64,000 nucleotides of DNA from a virus. This document shows positions 7,988-17,958 of the stretch, piece after piece. The notes beneath the pieces were generated by a model, which ran no database searches, was not told the DNA's origin, and saw only the letters and a program-made list of their open reading frames with translations. The DNA is taken from IMG/VR virus record IMGVR_UViG_3300047274_000223, one strand, 5' to 3'. Position 1 is the stretch's first letter; every line of letters starts with the position of its first letter. Both the position numbers and the translations under genes were made by a program.

Positions 7988-8069
7988 TAATCGGTAGTAT
8001 AATCAGAGCACCACTTAAGATGCCCAAACTAACAGTATTTGTTAAGATTTCAACTACCAGGTGTCTCAT
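7899..8069 (-). CDS. 56-aa single-TM protein
   Basis: MRHLVVEILTNTVSLGILSGALIILPIIGIAKIH... Confidence 0.5.
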   Translation of the reverse strand: MRHLVVEILTNTVSLGILSGALIILPIIGIAKIHEPPNESNRPRTSSDTERVPGDD

Positions 8070-8209
8070 AGATTTTGTTCTTTATAATTTTTCAATTTAT
8101 TGACGAGGTGTTGGTATTCTTGTTTAGCACTCTTATCAGTTGTTGACGCTGATTTCTCAGCACATAAGATGATCAAACGATTGATGTCTTTTTCTGAAAG
8201 TGAGTACAT
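8066..8209 (-). CDS. 47-aa hypothetical protein
   Basis: MYSLSEKDINRLIILCAEKS...; GGAGG RBS. Confidence 0.55.
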   Translation of the reverse strand: MYSLSEKDINRLIILCAEKSASTTDKSAKQEYQHLVNKLKNYKEQNL

Positions 8210-8221
8210 TTAAATACCTCC

Positions 8222-8335
8222 TTATCCATGCACAATAGTCATAAGAATAGTACCGTGTTTTCTAATAACATCCAAGTGAGATTTACCCCATGGAATTTCA
8301 AACCATTCAACTCTTTTGTTATGCCGTAAAAGCAT
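8222..8335 (-). CDS. 37-aa hypothetical protein
   Basis: MLLRHNKRVEWFEIPWGKSHLDVIRKHGTILMTIVHG. Confidence 0.45.
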   Translation of the reverse strand: MLLRHNKRVEWFEIPWGKSHLDVIRKHGTILMTIVHG

Positions 8336-8374
8336 GACTGATACATATCGCACGGTAGAATTACTTATTGTAGT

Positions 8375-8965
8375 TTATTTATTTTGATTACTTGGATTTG
8401 TAACAATTGTAGGTGAGGGATACCTGACAACCACATCTGCACAGATCTTATAGTATGGACTGTCTGGATGAAATGTAATACCAGACTTGATTGCCTCTCC
8501 ACACTTTAAAAGTCTTACTAGTTCGAAATCGAGACGTGCTTTATCTGCTTCTGCTTTTTGTCTTTCTATTTCTGTACGTGCTCTTGCTTTACAAAGTTCC
8601 ATTAGACCACCATCTAAGGGAACATTTATTCCTGCCGAGATACCCCAGTTTTCGTTTCTGGATGCGAATGTTTCTGGATCATCACTATTGTTTCCACTTC
8701 TTAGTAAGAATGGGGACACTGAGAACGTCGGGCCCTGGCAACTAACCCCCGCTCCGTAGGTATTAACTGCGTATGGACCTTGCAATACCTGTACTGCTTG
8801 ATTAGTAACATTGCCAGTGGCAGATGCACTAGGGCCAGCAATGTTAGTATTAGAAGGAGCGGGAGTACTTTGCGCGAGAACTGGTAATGTTCCACAACTA
8901 ATTACTGCGTAAAAACAGAGATTGATGTAGTGGTTGATTGAGTTTCTGTGGTGCGATCTATCCAT
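8375..8965 (-). CDS. secreted/envelope protein, Cys-containing (trio gene 3)
   Basis: Signal-like segment ending VLAQ; GVSCQGPT; C-terminal helical region with further Cys. Confidence 0.75.
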   Translation of the reverse strand: MDRSHHRNSINHYINLCFYAVISCGTLPVLAQSTPAPSNTNIAGPSASATGNVTNQAVQVLQGPYAVNTYGAGVSCQGPTFSVSPFLLRSGNNSDDPETFASRNENWGISAGINVPLDGGLMELCKARARTEIERQKAEADKARLDFELVRLLKCGEAIKSGITFHPDSPYYKICADVVVRYPSPTIVTNPSNQNK

Positions 8966-9261
8966 GTTTCTTTTGCCAATCCAGGACCGAGAGTAGTTTC
9001 ACTGAACTGGAATGGAGCACCTTGATTCATGATAGTATAGTTTGCTCCTGGTGTAGGAGTGCCAGGAATATTAATATTAGTTCCAGTGACAGTATAAGAC
9101 GTGCCAGTTGTATATTCAACTTGACGAATAGTTTCTATGATCTTTGTTGATGACTCTGTTGTAGAGTTAATAGTTCCTCTGGTAAAATTGGGAACAACTG
9201 ATTCTGCTAGGGCAGCATTATGAAACCCTAGCAGGAGTAAACCTGCTAGGATCTTTTTCAT
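8902..9261 (-). CDS. secreted Thr-rich beta protein (trio gene 2)
   Basis: Signal peptide MKKILAGLLLLGFHNAALA. Confidence 0.8.
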   Translation of the reverse strand: MKKILAGLLLLGFHNAALAESVVPNFTRGTINSTTESSTKIIETIRQVEYTTGTSYTVTGTNINIPGTPTPGANYTIMNQGAPFQFSETTLGPGLAKETWIDRTTETQSTTTSISVFTQ

Positions 9262-9725
9262 TTGAATACGCTCAACTCGATACTACGTTGTGCTGTTCCT
9301 GTGGTTCCTGGACCACCAGCAGTAATAGTTGGAACACCAGTGGCACTCAAAGTACCAGCAAGAGTTCCTTTGTCACCAGCTAACTGAGTAACAGAATCCC
9401 CATAAAGGTTGGGAGAAGCAATTGCTCCAGCACTAACCGTTTGAGAGGTGACAACTGTATCAGCAGCATTGAAACTTTCTGAGAAAGTAAATGCTTGCCC
9501 TGCTGTATTGACATCATAAGTTCCTGCCCCAGCAACTCCACCAAAAGAAGTTGCTTGAATATTTGTTCCTGATACGGAGTATGATGCTCCTATTCTCGTT
9601 GACTGAACTGCGGCACCTTGCACACCCAACTGAACTGAATCAGTAATTCTCGAAGTAATTTCAGCTGCGAATGATGATGGCATAACGAAAAAGGATGCCG
9701 CAAGTGCGGTGATTACCTTTTTCAT
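9258..9725 (-). CDS. secreted Gly/Ala/Thr-rich beta protein (trio gene 1)
   Basis: Signal peptide MKKVITALAASFFVMPSSFA; AGGAG RBS. Confidence 0.8.
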   Translation of the reverse strand: MKKVITALAASFFVMPSSFAAEITSRITDSVQLGVQGAAVQSTRIGASYSVSGTNIQATSFGGVAGAGTYDVNTAGQAFTFSESFNAADTVVTSQTVSAGAIASPNLYGDSVTQLAGDKGTLAGTLSATGVPTITAGGPGTTGTAQRSIELSVFK

Positions 9726-9762
9726 GTTCGGTTTCTCCTAAAATGTTTAAATGACGACCGTA

Positions 9763-9783
9763 GATATTTATGCTATAAATATC
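9763..9783. promoter_or_regulatory. palindromic pair of divergent late promoters
   Basis: GATATTTAT-gct-ATAAATATC; ATAAATA on both strands, + copy is a perfect TATAAATA. Confidence 0.7.
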
Positions 9784-9786
9784 TTT

Positions 9787-9839
9787 CGGATGCCTTCGGG
9801 GTCCACTACAAACAACTCGCTTATTTAAGGAGAAGTAGA
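9787..9839 (+). promoter_or_regulatory. structured hsp20 leader (candidate RNA thermometer)
   Basis: GGATGCC-TTCG-GGGTCC hairpin; CTCGCT can pair with the AGGAG SD. Confidence 0.45.
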
Positions 9840-10295
9840 ATGCTTACTACCACTACATTGGATACTTTTTGGAAAGAATACGCACCACACGCTGTAGGTC
9901 TGGATGATGTTTTTAATAGACTAAATGCTATGTCTGGTCACAACATCAACTATCCACCCTATAATTTAATCAAACATGACTCAAGTAATTTCACTATTGA
10001 AGTTGCGCTTGCGGGTTTTAAACGAGAAGAGATCGAAGTCTCTACTGAACAAAACATTCTCAGAGTTACCTCAAAAAATGAGGACAAAGATACTACAAGA
10101 ACTTACTTACACAAAGGCCTCTCCAAACGATCATTTATCAGAACTTGGCAATTGGCAGAAGATGTGAGAATTAAAGATGTTGTTTTTGAGGACGGGTTAC
10201 TGACAATTGATCTTGAGAAGATCATCCCCGAACACCAAAAACGCACAGTTTATGATATAATGGGAAAGTCGGAGAAGCAACTTTTAAATGGATGA
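9840..10295 (+). CDS. hsp20: small heat shock protein Hsp20
   Basis: NYPPYNL..IEVALAGF..YLHKGLSKRSF..DGLLTIDLEK. Confidence 0.95.
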   Translation: MLTTTTLDTFWKEYAPHAVGLDDVFNRLNAMSGHNINYPPYNLIKHDSSNFTIEVALAGFKREEIEVSTEQNILRVTSKNEDKDTTRTYLHKGLSKRSFIRTWQLAEDVRIKDVVFEDGLLTIDLEKIIPEHQKRTVYDIMGKSEKQLLNG

Positions 10296-10911
10296 TAGAT
10301 TTATTTGGATTGAAGAAGACAGTTTAACTCATGAATTTTGTGATCATATTATTCAAAAGTATGAAGTAGAATCTTTCAAATCTATTGCCACTACTATTGG
10401 CGGATATTCTAATGTCCTCCAAGCCACAGAAGTAAATATTACCAACTTAGAAGGGTGGATAGAAGAAGACACTCACTTATTCAAAACTTTAAATAAAGGA
10501 CTTGATAAGTACAGAGTATTCTTAAAAGACACTTTGATGATTGACTTTACCGCTGACATGCTAATTGACAGCGGTTATAAAATTAAAAGTTATTCTGGTG
10601 ATAATGGAGACCGATTTGATTGGCATCAAGACTATTGTTCTGATGATAGTTATGGACCAGGAGCCTCTAGATATCTCTCCTACATTTGGTATCTAAATAA
10701 TGTTGAAGGAGGTGAAACGGAATTCGTTAATGGATTCTCTGTCAAACCTGAAGTTGGGAAGTTATTGATTTTCCCTTCTACGTGGACTTATATACATCGT
10801 GGGAAAACACCGCCTCCAGGAACAACTAAATATATTTGTTCGGGATTTTTGTACGCACAGTCAAATCCTTATATCAACAACAATCAAAAACAGAATAACG
10901 GAGAAGGGTAA
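10288..10911 (+). CDS. 2OG-Fe(II) oxygenase (P4H-like)
   Basis: FDWHQD..LSYIWYLNNVEGGETEF..GKLLIFPSTWTYIHRG. Confidence 0.88.
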   Translation: MDDRFIWIEEDSLTHEFCDHIIQKYEVESFKSIATTIGGYSNVLQATEVNITNLEGWIEEDTHLFKTLNKGLDKYRVFLKDTLMIDFTADMLIDSGYKIKSYSGDNGDRFDWHQDYCSDDSYGPGASRYLSYIWYLNNVEGGETEFVNGFSVKPEVGKLLIFPSTWTYIHRGKTPPPGTTKYICSGFLYAQSNPYINNNQKQNNGEG

Positions 10912-10926
10912 TCCCTCTCCTTTTTT
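10900..10926 (+). terminator. intrinsic terminator
   Basis: GGAGAAGGG-taat-CCCTCTCC-TTTTTT. Confidence 0.75.
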
Positions 10927-10938
10927 ATTGGAGGAATT

Positions 10939-11169
10939 ATGCAATTTTATTATAATTTAAATCCACCTGGGTATGAAGGTGAATCTGATCTAGTTACACT
11001 AGAGGCACCTACTGAGGTTATGGATGTCTTGTTTACTTATGCAAAGGAAATTTCGGACTCCAAAAATATTCATCACAACAAAGCTGTAAGAGATTTAATT
11101 CAGCAATCTGTCAAAACACTTATGGAGAAAAATTATGAGCGTAAGAATCGCAAGACTAAGAAGCGGTGA
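10939..11169 (+). CDS. hypothetical protein
   Basis: GGAGG RBS, 76 codons. Confidence 0.7.
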   Translation: MQFYYNLNPPGYEGESDLVTLEAPTEVMDVLFTYAKEISDSKNIHHNKAVRDLIQQSVKTLMEKNYERKNRKTKKR

Positions 11170-11557
11170 AGATATCATCGCTGAGATGAAAGAAGTAATT
11201 GCAAAGGATACCGAGCAGGTTGTTGCAATTCAGTTTGAAGATCCTTACAGCGTTGCCTTGGTAGAAGATCCATCTGCAATGTTTGAGGAAGGACAACCAA
11301 TTAAAGTAAGTAACCCAAAAGTTCATATGCTATCATGGGTTCCTCTTTCGGCAAATCGAAATATTATGATTGAACCGTCAGAGATTATTTGTGTGTATGA
11401 TGCACATAGTCAAGTATTAAAACAGTATTCGGAACTAGTGGAGGCCGTAAATGGAGGAGGAGACAAACTTGGAGGTGGAGCAGAGGATGAGTCCCTCACC
11501 TTTGAAAATTCTTTTGTTGAAGCAACGGGAATCGTACCTGATTGGGAGGGTGACTGA
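11135..11557 (+). CDS. conserved cyanophage Sm-like protein
   Basis: VRIARLRSGEDIIA..SWVPLS; similar to the ORF at 1927. Confidence 0.65.
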   Translation: MSVRIARLRSGEDIIAEMKEVIAKDTEQVVAIQFEDPYSVALVEDPSAMFEEGQPIKVSNPKVHMLSWVPLSANRNIMIEPSEIICVYDAHSQVLKQYSELVEAVNGGGDKLGGGAEDESLTFENSFVEATGIVPDWEGD

Positions 11558-11861
11558 ACTCGATGAAGAACCAGCTATTCTGATCGAGAACTGTCACGAG
11601 ATTGTTGAGTGTGCTGAATATGGAACAGATGCAGAAGAGATTGAAAAACGTGCTCACTCATTAGAGGGAACACACTTAACAGTATCTGCTAAAAAAATTG
11701 ATGAAGGTGAAAAGGATTACTATGTTTATGAATATATCATCCTCAAACCATATCCGAAGTTCTCGGCTCAGCGGGATCTCTTCTTGACAAGCGACGCAAT
11801 TTTTACTATACTGGATCCTGAACCAGGTGTTCTGGACCTTTACCGTAAAGTTGCTGGATGA
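11487..11861 (+). CDS. conserved cyanophage hypothetical protein upstream of gp43
   Basis: Likely start ATG 11487 after GGAGG; KILLLK..YLIGRVTELDEEP. Confidence 0.65.
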   Translation: MSPSPLKILLLKQRESYLIGRVTELDEEPAILIENCHEIVECAEYGTDAEEIEKRAHSLEGTHLTVSAKKIDEGEKDYYVYEYIILKPYPKFSAQRDLFLTSDAIFTILDPEPGVLDLYRKVAG

Positions 11862-14347
11862 AATTTTATACGAGCGTTGAACAAGTAGGCGACAACATTC
11901 TTTATCGAGGATTCGACCAAGGGCGTCGGGTTCAATATAAAGAATCGTTCTCGCCTACTCTTTTTGTTCCTTGCCCAGGAGAGTCTAAGTACAAAACTCT
12001 TGAAGGTCACAATGTCAAACCGATGAAGTTTGCTGGACCTCGTGATGCACGAGAGTTCATGAAGAAGTATGAGAGTGTTCAGAACTTTGATGTTTATGGA
12101 TACGAACGTTTCGTGTATCAATACATTTCAGATCAGCATCCTGATGAAGTCGATTATGATTTCAAGAAACTTGAGATCTTCACGATTGACATTGAGGTTG
12201 CGTCTGAAAATGGATTCCCTGATGTGCAAAGTGCAGCAGAGGAAGTTCTTTGTATTACAATCAAGAACTTGAATACTAAGCGTGTGGATGTCTGGGCTAC
12301 TCGGGAGTTTAATGTTCCTGAAGGTGTGAACGTTCATTATCAGTGGGATGAATCCACAATGCTCAAAGACTTTGTTGCATTCTGGGTGGAGAATACTCCT
12401 GATATTGTGACTGGTTGGAACTGCTATCTGTACGATATTCCATACCTTTGCCGTAGGATGGATCGTATCATGGGAGAGAAGTGGGTTAAATCTCTTTCCC
12501 CATGGGAGAAGGTAACTGAACGAGAGATTGTGATCATGGGTAGGACTAATCTTGCCTATGACATCATGGGAGTTTCCTGTCTGGATTATCTTGATTTGTA
12601 TAAGAAGTTCACCTACACAAACCAGGAATCTTATCGTCTGGATCATATTGCAAACGTAGAACTTGGCCAACGTAAGTTGGATCACAGTGAGTTTGATACT
12701 TTCCGTGACTTCTATACGAATGGTTGGCAGAAGTTTGTGGAGTACAACATCTTCGACGTGGAACTTGTTGACCGTTTGGAAGACAAGATGAAACTAATCG
12801 AACTTGCTGTCACGATGGCATATGACGCAAAGACTAACTTTGAGGATGTGTATTCTCAGGTTCGTATGTGGGATACTCTTATCTTCAACTTCCTTAAAAA
12901 GGATAACATCGTTGTTCCTCCCAAGAAAGGAAGTAAGAAAGATGATAAGTATGCTGGTGCTTTTGTGAAAGAACCCAAGCCAGGTTTGTATAACTGGGTG
13001 GTGAGTTTTGACTTGAACTCCCTGTATCCTCACCTAATCATGCAGTACAACATCAGTCCTGAGACTCTGCTTCCTACTAGACATCCTCATGCAACTGTGG
13101 ATCGTCTTCTCAATCAGGAACTAGATCTTACAACTCTGGATGGTGAAACTGTCTGTGCTAATGGTGCAATGTATACCACTGCATCTCAAGGTTTCTTGCC
13201 TAAGATGATGCAGAGGATCTATGATGATCGCACTATCTATAAGAAGAAGATGCTTGCTGCTAAGCAAGAGTACGAGAAGAGTCCGAGTGAAAAACTTGAG
13301 AAGGATATTTCCAAGTTCAACAATATCCAGATGGCACGAAAGATTCAACTGAACTCTGCTTATGGTGCTATCGGAAACCAATACTTCAGGTACTTTAATC
13401 TTCAGAATGCTGAGGCAATTACTTTGTCTGGTCAGCTGTCGATCCGTTGGATTGAGATGAAGATGAATGAGTATCTCAACAAAATCTTGAAAACGGAGAA
13501 TGATGACTACGTTATTGCTGCTGACACTGATTCTATTTACCTCAACCTGGGTCCTTTTGTTGACGCGGTACTCGGAGGACGAGAGAATTCTAATGATCGC
13601 ATTGTGTCGTTCCTTGATAAGGTGTGTAAAGTGGAACTTGAGAAGTTTATTGAAAATTCTTACAAAGAACTGGCGGAATACGTGAATGCTTTTGATCAAA
13701 AGATGTTCATGAAGCGTGAGACGATTGCAGACAAAGGTATCTGGACTGCAAAGAAACGCTATATTCTCAATGCATATGATATTGAGGGTGTTCGATTTAC
13801 TGAACCTAAACTCAAGATCATGGGTATTGAAGCTGTCAAATCTTCTACTCCTGCACCTTGTCGTCAAAAGATTAAGGATGCACTGAAGGTTATTATGACG
13901 AAGACTAATGATGACCTTATTCAGTTCATTGAAGAGTTTCGTGATGATTTCAAGAAGATGAATCCTGAGGAGATCGCTTTTCCTCGTGGTGTAAATAATC
14001 TAGGTAAGTTCAGTAGCACGGTGACGATTTATGGAAAGAGCACGCCTATTGCTGTCCGAGGTTCACTACTGTATAATTACTATATCCGCAAGCATAAACT
14101 TACTAATAAGTACCCTATTATCCAAGAAGGAGAGAAGGTCAAGTTTCTCTACCTCAGAACACCAAACAAAATAAACGAGAATATCATCTCGTTCATTCAA
14201 GAACTACCCAAGGAATTGGGTCTTGACAAATCTATAGACTATGACTTACAATTTGAGAAGTCATTCCTAGAACCGCTAAAAACGATTCTGGACACAATTG
14301 GTTGGAAGACCGAAAAGATTAATACGTTGGAGTTTTTATTCGCATGA
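11858..14347 (+). CDS. g43: family B DNA polymerase (gp43)
   Basis: DIEV exonuclease motif, [22 protein letters not shown]; no intein evident. Confidence 0.98.
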   Translation: MKFYTSVEQVGDNILYRGFDQGRRVQYKESFSPTLFVPCPGESKYKTLEGHNVKPMKFAGPRDAREFMKKYESVQNFDVYGYERFVYQYISDQHPDEVDYDFKKLEIFTIDIEVASENGFPDVQSAAEEVLCITIKNLNTKRVDVWATREFNVPEGVNVHYQWDESTMLKDFVAFWVENTPDIVTGWNCYLYDIPYLCRRMDRIMGEKWVKSLSPWEKVTEREIVIMGRTNLAYDIMGVSCLDYLDLYKKFTYTNQESYRLDHIANVELGQRKLDHSEFDTFRDFYTNGWQKFVEYNIFDVELVDRLEDKMKLIELAVTMAYDAKTNFEDVYSQVRMWDTLIFNFLKKDNIVVPPKKGSKKDDKYAGAFVKEPKPGLYNWVVSFDLNSLYPHLIMQYNISPETLLPTRHPHATVDRLLNQELDLTTLDGETVCANGAMYTTASQGFLPKMMQRIYDDRTIYKKKMLAAKQEYEKSPSEKLEKDISKFNNIQMARKIQLNSAYGAIGNQYFRYFNLQNAEAITLSGQLSIRWIEMKMNEYLNKILKTENDDYVIAADTDSIYLNLGPFVDAVLGGRENSNDRIVSFLDKVCKVELEKFIENSYKELAEYVNAFDQKMFMKRETIADKGIWTAKKRYILNAYDIEGVRFTEPKLKIMGIEAVKSSTPAPCRQKIKDALKVIMTKTNDDLIQFIEEFRDDFKKMNPEEIAFPRGVNNLGKFSSTVTIYGKSTPIAVRGSLLYNYYIRKHKLTNKYPIIQEGEKVKFLYLRTPNKINENIISFIQELPKELGLDKSIDYDLQFEKSFLEPLKTILDTIGWKTEKINTLEFLFA
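14223..14252 (+). promoter_or_regulatory. sigma70-type promoter inside gp43, upstream of uvsX
   Basis: TTGACA-N18-TACAAT. Confidence 0.55.
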
Positions 14348-15402
14348 ATTTTCTACAAGATGTTGTAAAGGAGATTGGAAATGAATACGCTGGCCTCGTT
14401 GCTGATGGTGTTGCGGCTGGTGACTGTGATACTTTTGTTGATACAGGTAGTTACATTTTTAACGCTCTGGTATCGGGATCGATTTACGGTGGAATCCCGT
14501 CAAACAAAATTACGGCTATTGCGGGCGAATCGTCTACAGGCAAAACTTTCTTTTGTCTCTCTGTCGTTAAACACTTTCTCGATAGTAATCCTAACGCGGG
14601 TGTTGTCTATTTTGAATCGGAATCCGCAATTACAAAATCTATGATTGAGGATCGTGGTATCGATTCCAAGCGAATGATTATTGTACCTGTTGTTACAGTT
14701 CAGGAGTTTCGTACTCAATCATTACGGATCGTGGATAAATACCTCGATCAGAAGGAGAGTGATAGACAACCTCTTATGTTCGTGCTAGATTCTCTTGGGA
14801 ACCTTTCTACTACCAAGGAAATCGAAGATTCATCTGAGGGTAAAGAGACCAGGGACATGACCAGAGCCCAGGTTACCAAATCCGTATTCCGTGTATTGAC
14901 ACTGAAGTTGGGTAAGGCAAATATCCCGATGCTGGTCACTAATCACACATATGACGTTGTAGGTGCTTATGTTCCAACTAAAGAAATGGGCGGCGGTTCT
15001 GGTCTTAAGTATGCCGCTTCTACTATTATCTACCTCTCCAAATCTAAGGAAAAGGACGGCAAAGAGATCGTCGGGAATATTATCAAGTGTAAAGCACAAA
15101 AGTCTCGCTTTACTAAAGAGAATTCCATTGCTGAGACGAGGCTTTACTATGACACAGGACTCGACCCTTACTACGGATTACTTGAACTTGGAGAGAAATA
15201 CGGAGTCTTTGAGAGAGTTGGTAATCGCTATAAAATCAATGGAGCGTCCGTCTATCCAAAAACAATTCTCGCGGATCCAGAAAAGTATTTCACTCCAGAA
15301 ATTATGCAAGCCCTTGATGAATCGGCAAGGAAAGAATATCTATACGGACAAGGCAATGTAACATCAAACGAGGAAGATTATGCAAGCGAAGAAACTGAGT
15401 GA
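14344..15402 (+). CDS. uvsX: RecA-like recombinase UvsX
   Basis: [28 protein letters not shown]. Confidence 0.95.
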   Translation: MNFLQDVVKEIGNEYAGLVADGVAAGDCDTFVDTGSYIFNALVSGSIYGGIPSNKITAIAGESSTGKTFFCLSVVKHFLDSNPNAGVVYFESESAITKSMIEDRGIDSKRMIIVPVVTVQEFRTQSLRIVDKYLDQKESDRQPLMFVLDSLGNLSTTKEIEDSSEGKETRDMTRAQVTKSVFRVLTLKLGKANIPMLVTNHTYDVVGAYVPTKEMGGGSGLKYAASTIIYLSKSKEKDGKEIVGNIIKCKAQKSRFTKENSIAETRLYYDTGLDPYYGLLELGEKYGVFERVGNRYKINGASVYPKTILADPEKYFTPEIMQALDESARKEYLYGQGNVTSNEEDYASEETE

Positions 15403-15961
15403 TTTAATTAAGGTATATGATGATGTTATTGACGTAGAGCGTTGCGAAGGAATTATTAAGATGTTTGATAGTCATCCTGACTATCATGAAAGAATTGAAA
15501 GGGAAACAAAACCAGATTTTACACAGATGAATATCACTTCTTTTACTAGAGATAGTGATGAGCATTCTTCAAGAGACAGGGATAATCATCAATTCTTAGT
15601 TTCTGTCTTTACAAATTATGCTGCTTTATACTGTTCCGATCTTATGATTACAGATGAGCATCCTCCTCAGTATGCTCTTGAGGAACTTAGAGTTAAGAAA
15701 TATAATGTTGGTACAGATCAATTTTCTGAGCACGTTGATGTGGGGAATCATAACTCAGCTAGGAGATATCTTGCATTCTTCCTATATCTAAATGATATCG
15801 AAACGGGTGGGGAGACAAGATTTCCTTATCTGAACTTGTCAGTTCAACCAAAATCTGGTAGACTGATCGTGTTCCCACCAATGTGGATGTTCCCCCATGC
15901 GGGACTTCCCACTACAGAAACACCAAAGTACATTGTCGGATCGTATTGTCATTACTTATGA
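15380..15961 (+). CDS. 2OG-Fe(II) oxygenase (P4H-like)
   Basis: [37 protein letters not shown]. Confidence 0.88.
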   Translation: MQAKKLSDLIKVYDDVIDVERCEGIIKMFDSHPDYHERIERETKPDFTQMNITSFTRDSDEHSSRDRDNHQFLVSVFTNYAALYCSDLMITDEHPPQYALEELRVKKYNVGTDQFSEHVDVGNHNSARRYLAFFLYLNDIETGGETRFPYLNLSVQPKSGRLIVFPPMWMFPHAGLPTTETPKYIVGSYCHYL

Positions 15962-17343
15962 TGGATAAACTGGAAGTTATTGTTCTTAAGAACCTTGTTC
16001 ACAATGAGAAGTTCTGTCGAAAGGTACTTCCTTTTATCAAACCAGAGTATTTCGAATCTCATGAAGAACGTGTAGTCTTCGATGAGGTAAATAAATACGT
16101 TCAGCAATATCAGACTCAACCTCCATTAAATGCAATTGCTATTGAGTGTGAGAGGAGAACTGATCTTAGCTCAGATGGATTTCAGAATATCTTGACTTTG
16201 CTCAAGACATTCACCGAAGATAAGATTGATTTTGAGTGGTTGATTAACACTACTGAGAAGTGGTGTAAGGATCGAGCAGTCTATCTATCTCTTCTTGAAT
16301 CGATTAAGATTGCTGATGGTAAGGATAAAACTAAGAGTCGTGATGCTATTCCTAGTATTCTTTCCGAGGCACTAGGAGTTTGCTTTGATGAGCATGTAGG
16401 TCACGATTACATTGATGACTTTGAGACTCGCTATGATTTCTATCACCGTAAAGAAGAAAAGATCCCGTTTGATCTTGAATTCTTTAATAAAATTACGAAG
16501 GGTGGTCTCCCTTCTAAGACTCTCAACATCGCTCTTGCTGGTACTGGTGTTGGTAAATCTCTCTTTATGTGCCATGTGGCTGCATCCTCTCTACTCCAAG
16601 GTAAGAATGTTCTGTACATCACTATGGAGATGGCAGAGGAAAGAATTGCAGAACGAATCGACGCGAACTTGTTGAACATTAATATTCAGCAACTTGTCGA
16701 TCTGCCTAAGCAGATGTACGAGACCAAGATTATTAAACTGGCACAGAAGACTGTTGGTAAACTTATTATCAAAGAGTATCCAACCGCGTCTGCTCATGCA
16801 GGACATTTTACATCTCTTCTAAACGAACTTGCTCTGAAGAAGGGATTCAAACCAGATATTATCTTTATTGATTATCTGAATATCTGTGCATCATCACGCT
16901 ACAAAGGATCTATTGTTAACTCTTACACTTATGTTAAAGCGATTGCCGAAGAGCTTAGAGGTCTTGCTGTCGAGTTTAATGTGCCTATCGTTAGTGCTAC
17001 TCAGACTACTCGTTCAGGGTATAGCAGCACTGACGTTGATCTTACTGATACCAGTGAATCTTTTGGACTTCCTGCTACTGCAGACCTTATGTTCGCTCTT
17101 ATCAGTACAGAAGAACTGGAGCAACTCAACCAGATCCTTGTCAAACAACTTAAAAACAGGTATAATGACCCTACGATGAACAAGCGGTTCATCATTGGTA
17201 TTGACAGAGCAAAGATGAGGTTGTATGATGTAGACCAGTCCGCACAGACAGATCTTGTTGATTCGGGGCAAGATCTAGATGAAGAACCCGAAGACCTTTT
17301 CAAAGGTAAAACCCGTAAAAATTTTTCTGACTTTAAATATTGA
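15958..17343 (+). CDS. g41: DnaB-like replicative helicase (gp41)
   Basis: AGTGVGKS, IDYLNI, SATQTTR, ESFGLPATAD; start taken at ATG 15958. Confidence 0.96.
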   Translation: MMDKLEVIVLKNLVHNEKFCRKVLPFIKPEYFESHEERVVFDEVNKYVQQYQTQPPLNAIAIECERRTDLSSDGFQNILTLLKTFTEDKIDFEWLINTTEKWCKDRAVYLSLLESIKIADGKDKTKSRDAIPSILSEALGVCFDEHVGHDYIDDFETRYDFYHRKEEKIPFDLEFFNKITKGGLPSKTLNIALAGTGVGKSLFMCHVAASSLLQGKNVLYITMEMAEERIAERIDANLLNINIQQLVDLPKQMYETKIIKLAQKTVGKLIIKEYPTASAHAGHFTSLLNELALKKGFKPDIIFIDYLNICASSRYKGSIVNSYTYVKAIAEELRGLAVEFNVPIVSATQTTRSGYSSTDVDLTDTSESFGLPATADLMFALISTEELEQLNQILVKQLKNRYNDPTMNKRFIIGIDRAKMRLYDVDQSAQTDLVDSGQDLDEEPEDLFKGKTRKNFSDFKY

Positions 17344-17351
17344 GGTAAACT

Positions 17352-17846
17352 ATGGCTGAAGGATTTGCACCTACTGAAGACCAGTTCCCCACTACTGGTA
17401 TGACTGATCAACTCCATCCTGATAATGAAGAGATTCCTGAGGATGAAGTCGATCTCCAGAAGTATCTGGAATTTGTTGACTTTGTGACTAGCAAACCATC
17501 CAAAGAATATGGTGAGTTTGCAGAGCGTCTGGAATCTCTTGCTGTTTCTGGATGTAATATTGAGCGTCTTCTGACTGCTGCTGTCGGTATTAATGCTGAA
17601 GGTGGTGAGTTCATGGAGATCGTTAAGAAGATGATCTTCCAAGGTAAACCCTGGAATGATGATAATCGTGAACATCTCATCATTGAACTTGGTGATGTTA
17701 TGTGGTATGTTGCTCAAGCATGTATGGCACTAAATATTTCTATGGATGAGGTAATTCATAAGAATGTTTCTAAGTTACTTAAGCGTTATCCCGAAGGTGT
17801 TTTTGATGTCGTCAGGTCCGAAGTCAGGAAGGCCGGAGACCGATGA
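17352..17846 (+). CDS. mazG: MazG-like pyrophosphohydrolase
   Basis: AEGGEFMEIVKK..ELGDVMWY. Confidence 0.9.
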   Translation: MAEGFAPTEDQFPTTGMTDQLHPDNEEIPEDEVDLQKYLEFVDFVTSKPSKEYGEFAERLESLAVSGCNIERLLTAAVGINAEGGEFMEIVKKMIFQGKPWNDDNREHLIIELGDVMWYVAQACMALNISMDEVIHKNVSKLLKRYPEGVFDVVRSEVRKAGDR

Positions 17847-17913
17847 TGATATAATCATCGAATACTTTCACATTTCGGAAATCATGGATGCTTGGTCTGA
17901 TGGTTACAATCAC

Positions 17914-17954
17914 AAGCCCCCTCTTCTCTAAATAATAAGGAAGAGGGGTTTTTT
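17914..17954 (+). terminator. intrinsic terminator with late promoter CTAAATA in its loop
   Basis: CCCCTCTTC-tCTAAATAataag-GAAGAGGGG-TTTTTT. Confidence 0.7.
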
Positions 17955-17958
17955 ACAA

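Noticed and set aside
12128-13867. Long minus-strand ORFs (185 and 248 aa) opposite gp43
   Set aside because: Antisense shadows of a well-conserved gene; no RBS or recognisable motifs.
17001-17717. 238-aa minus-strand ORF across gp41/mazG
   Set aside because: Shadow ORF spanning two sense genes.
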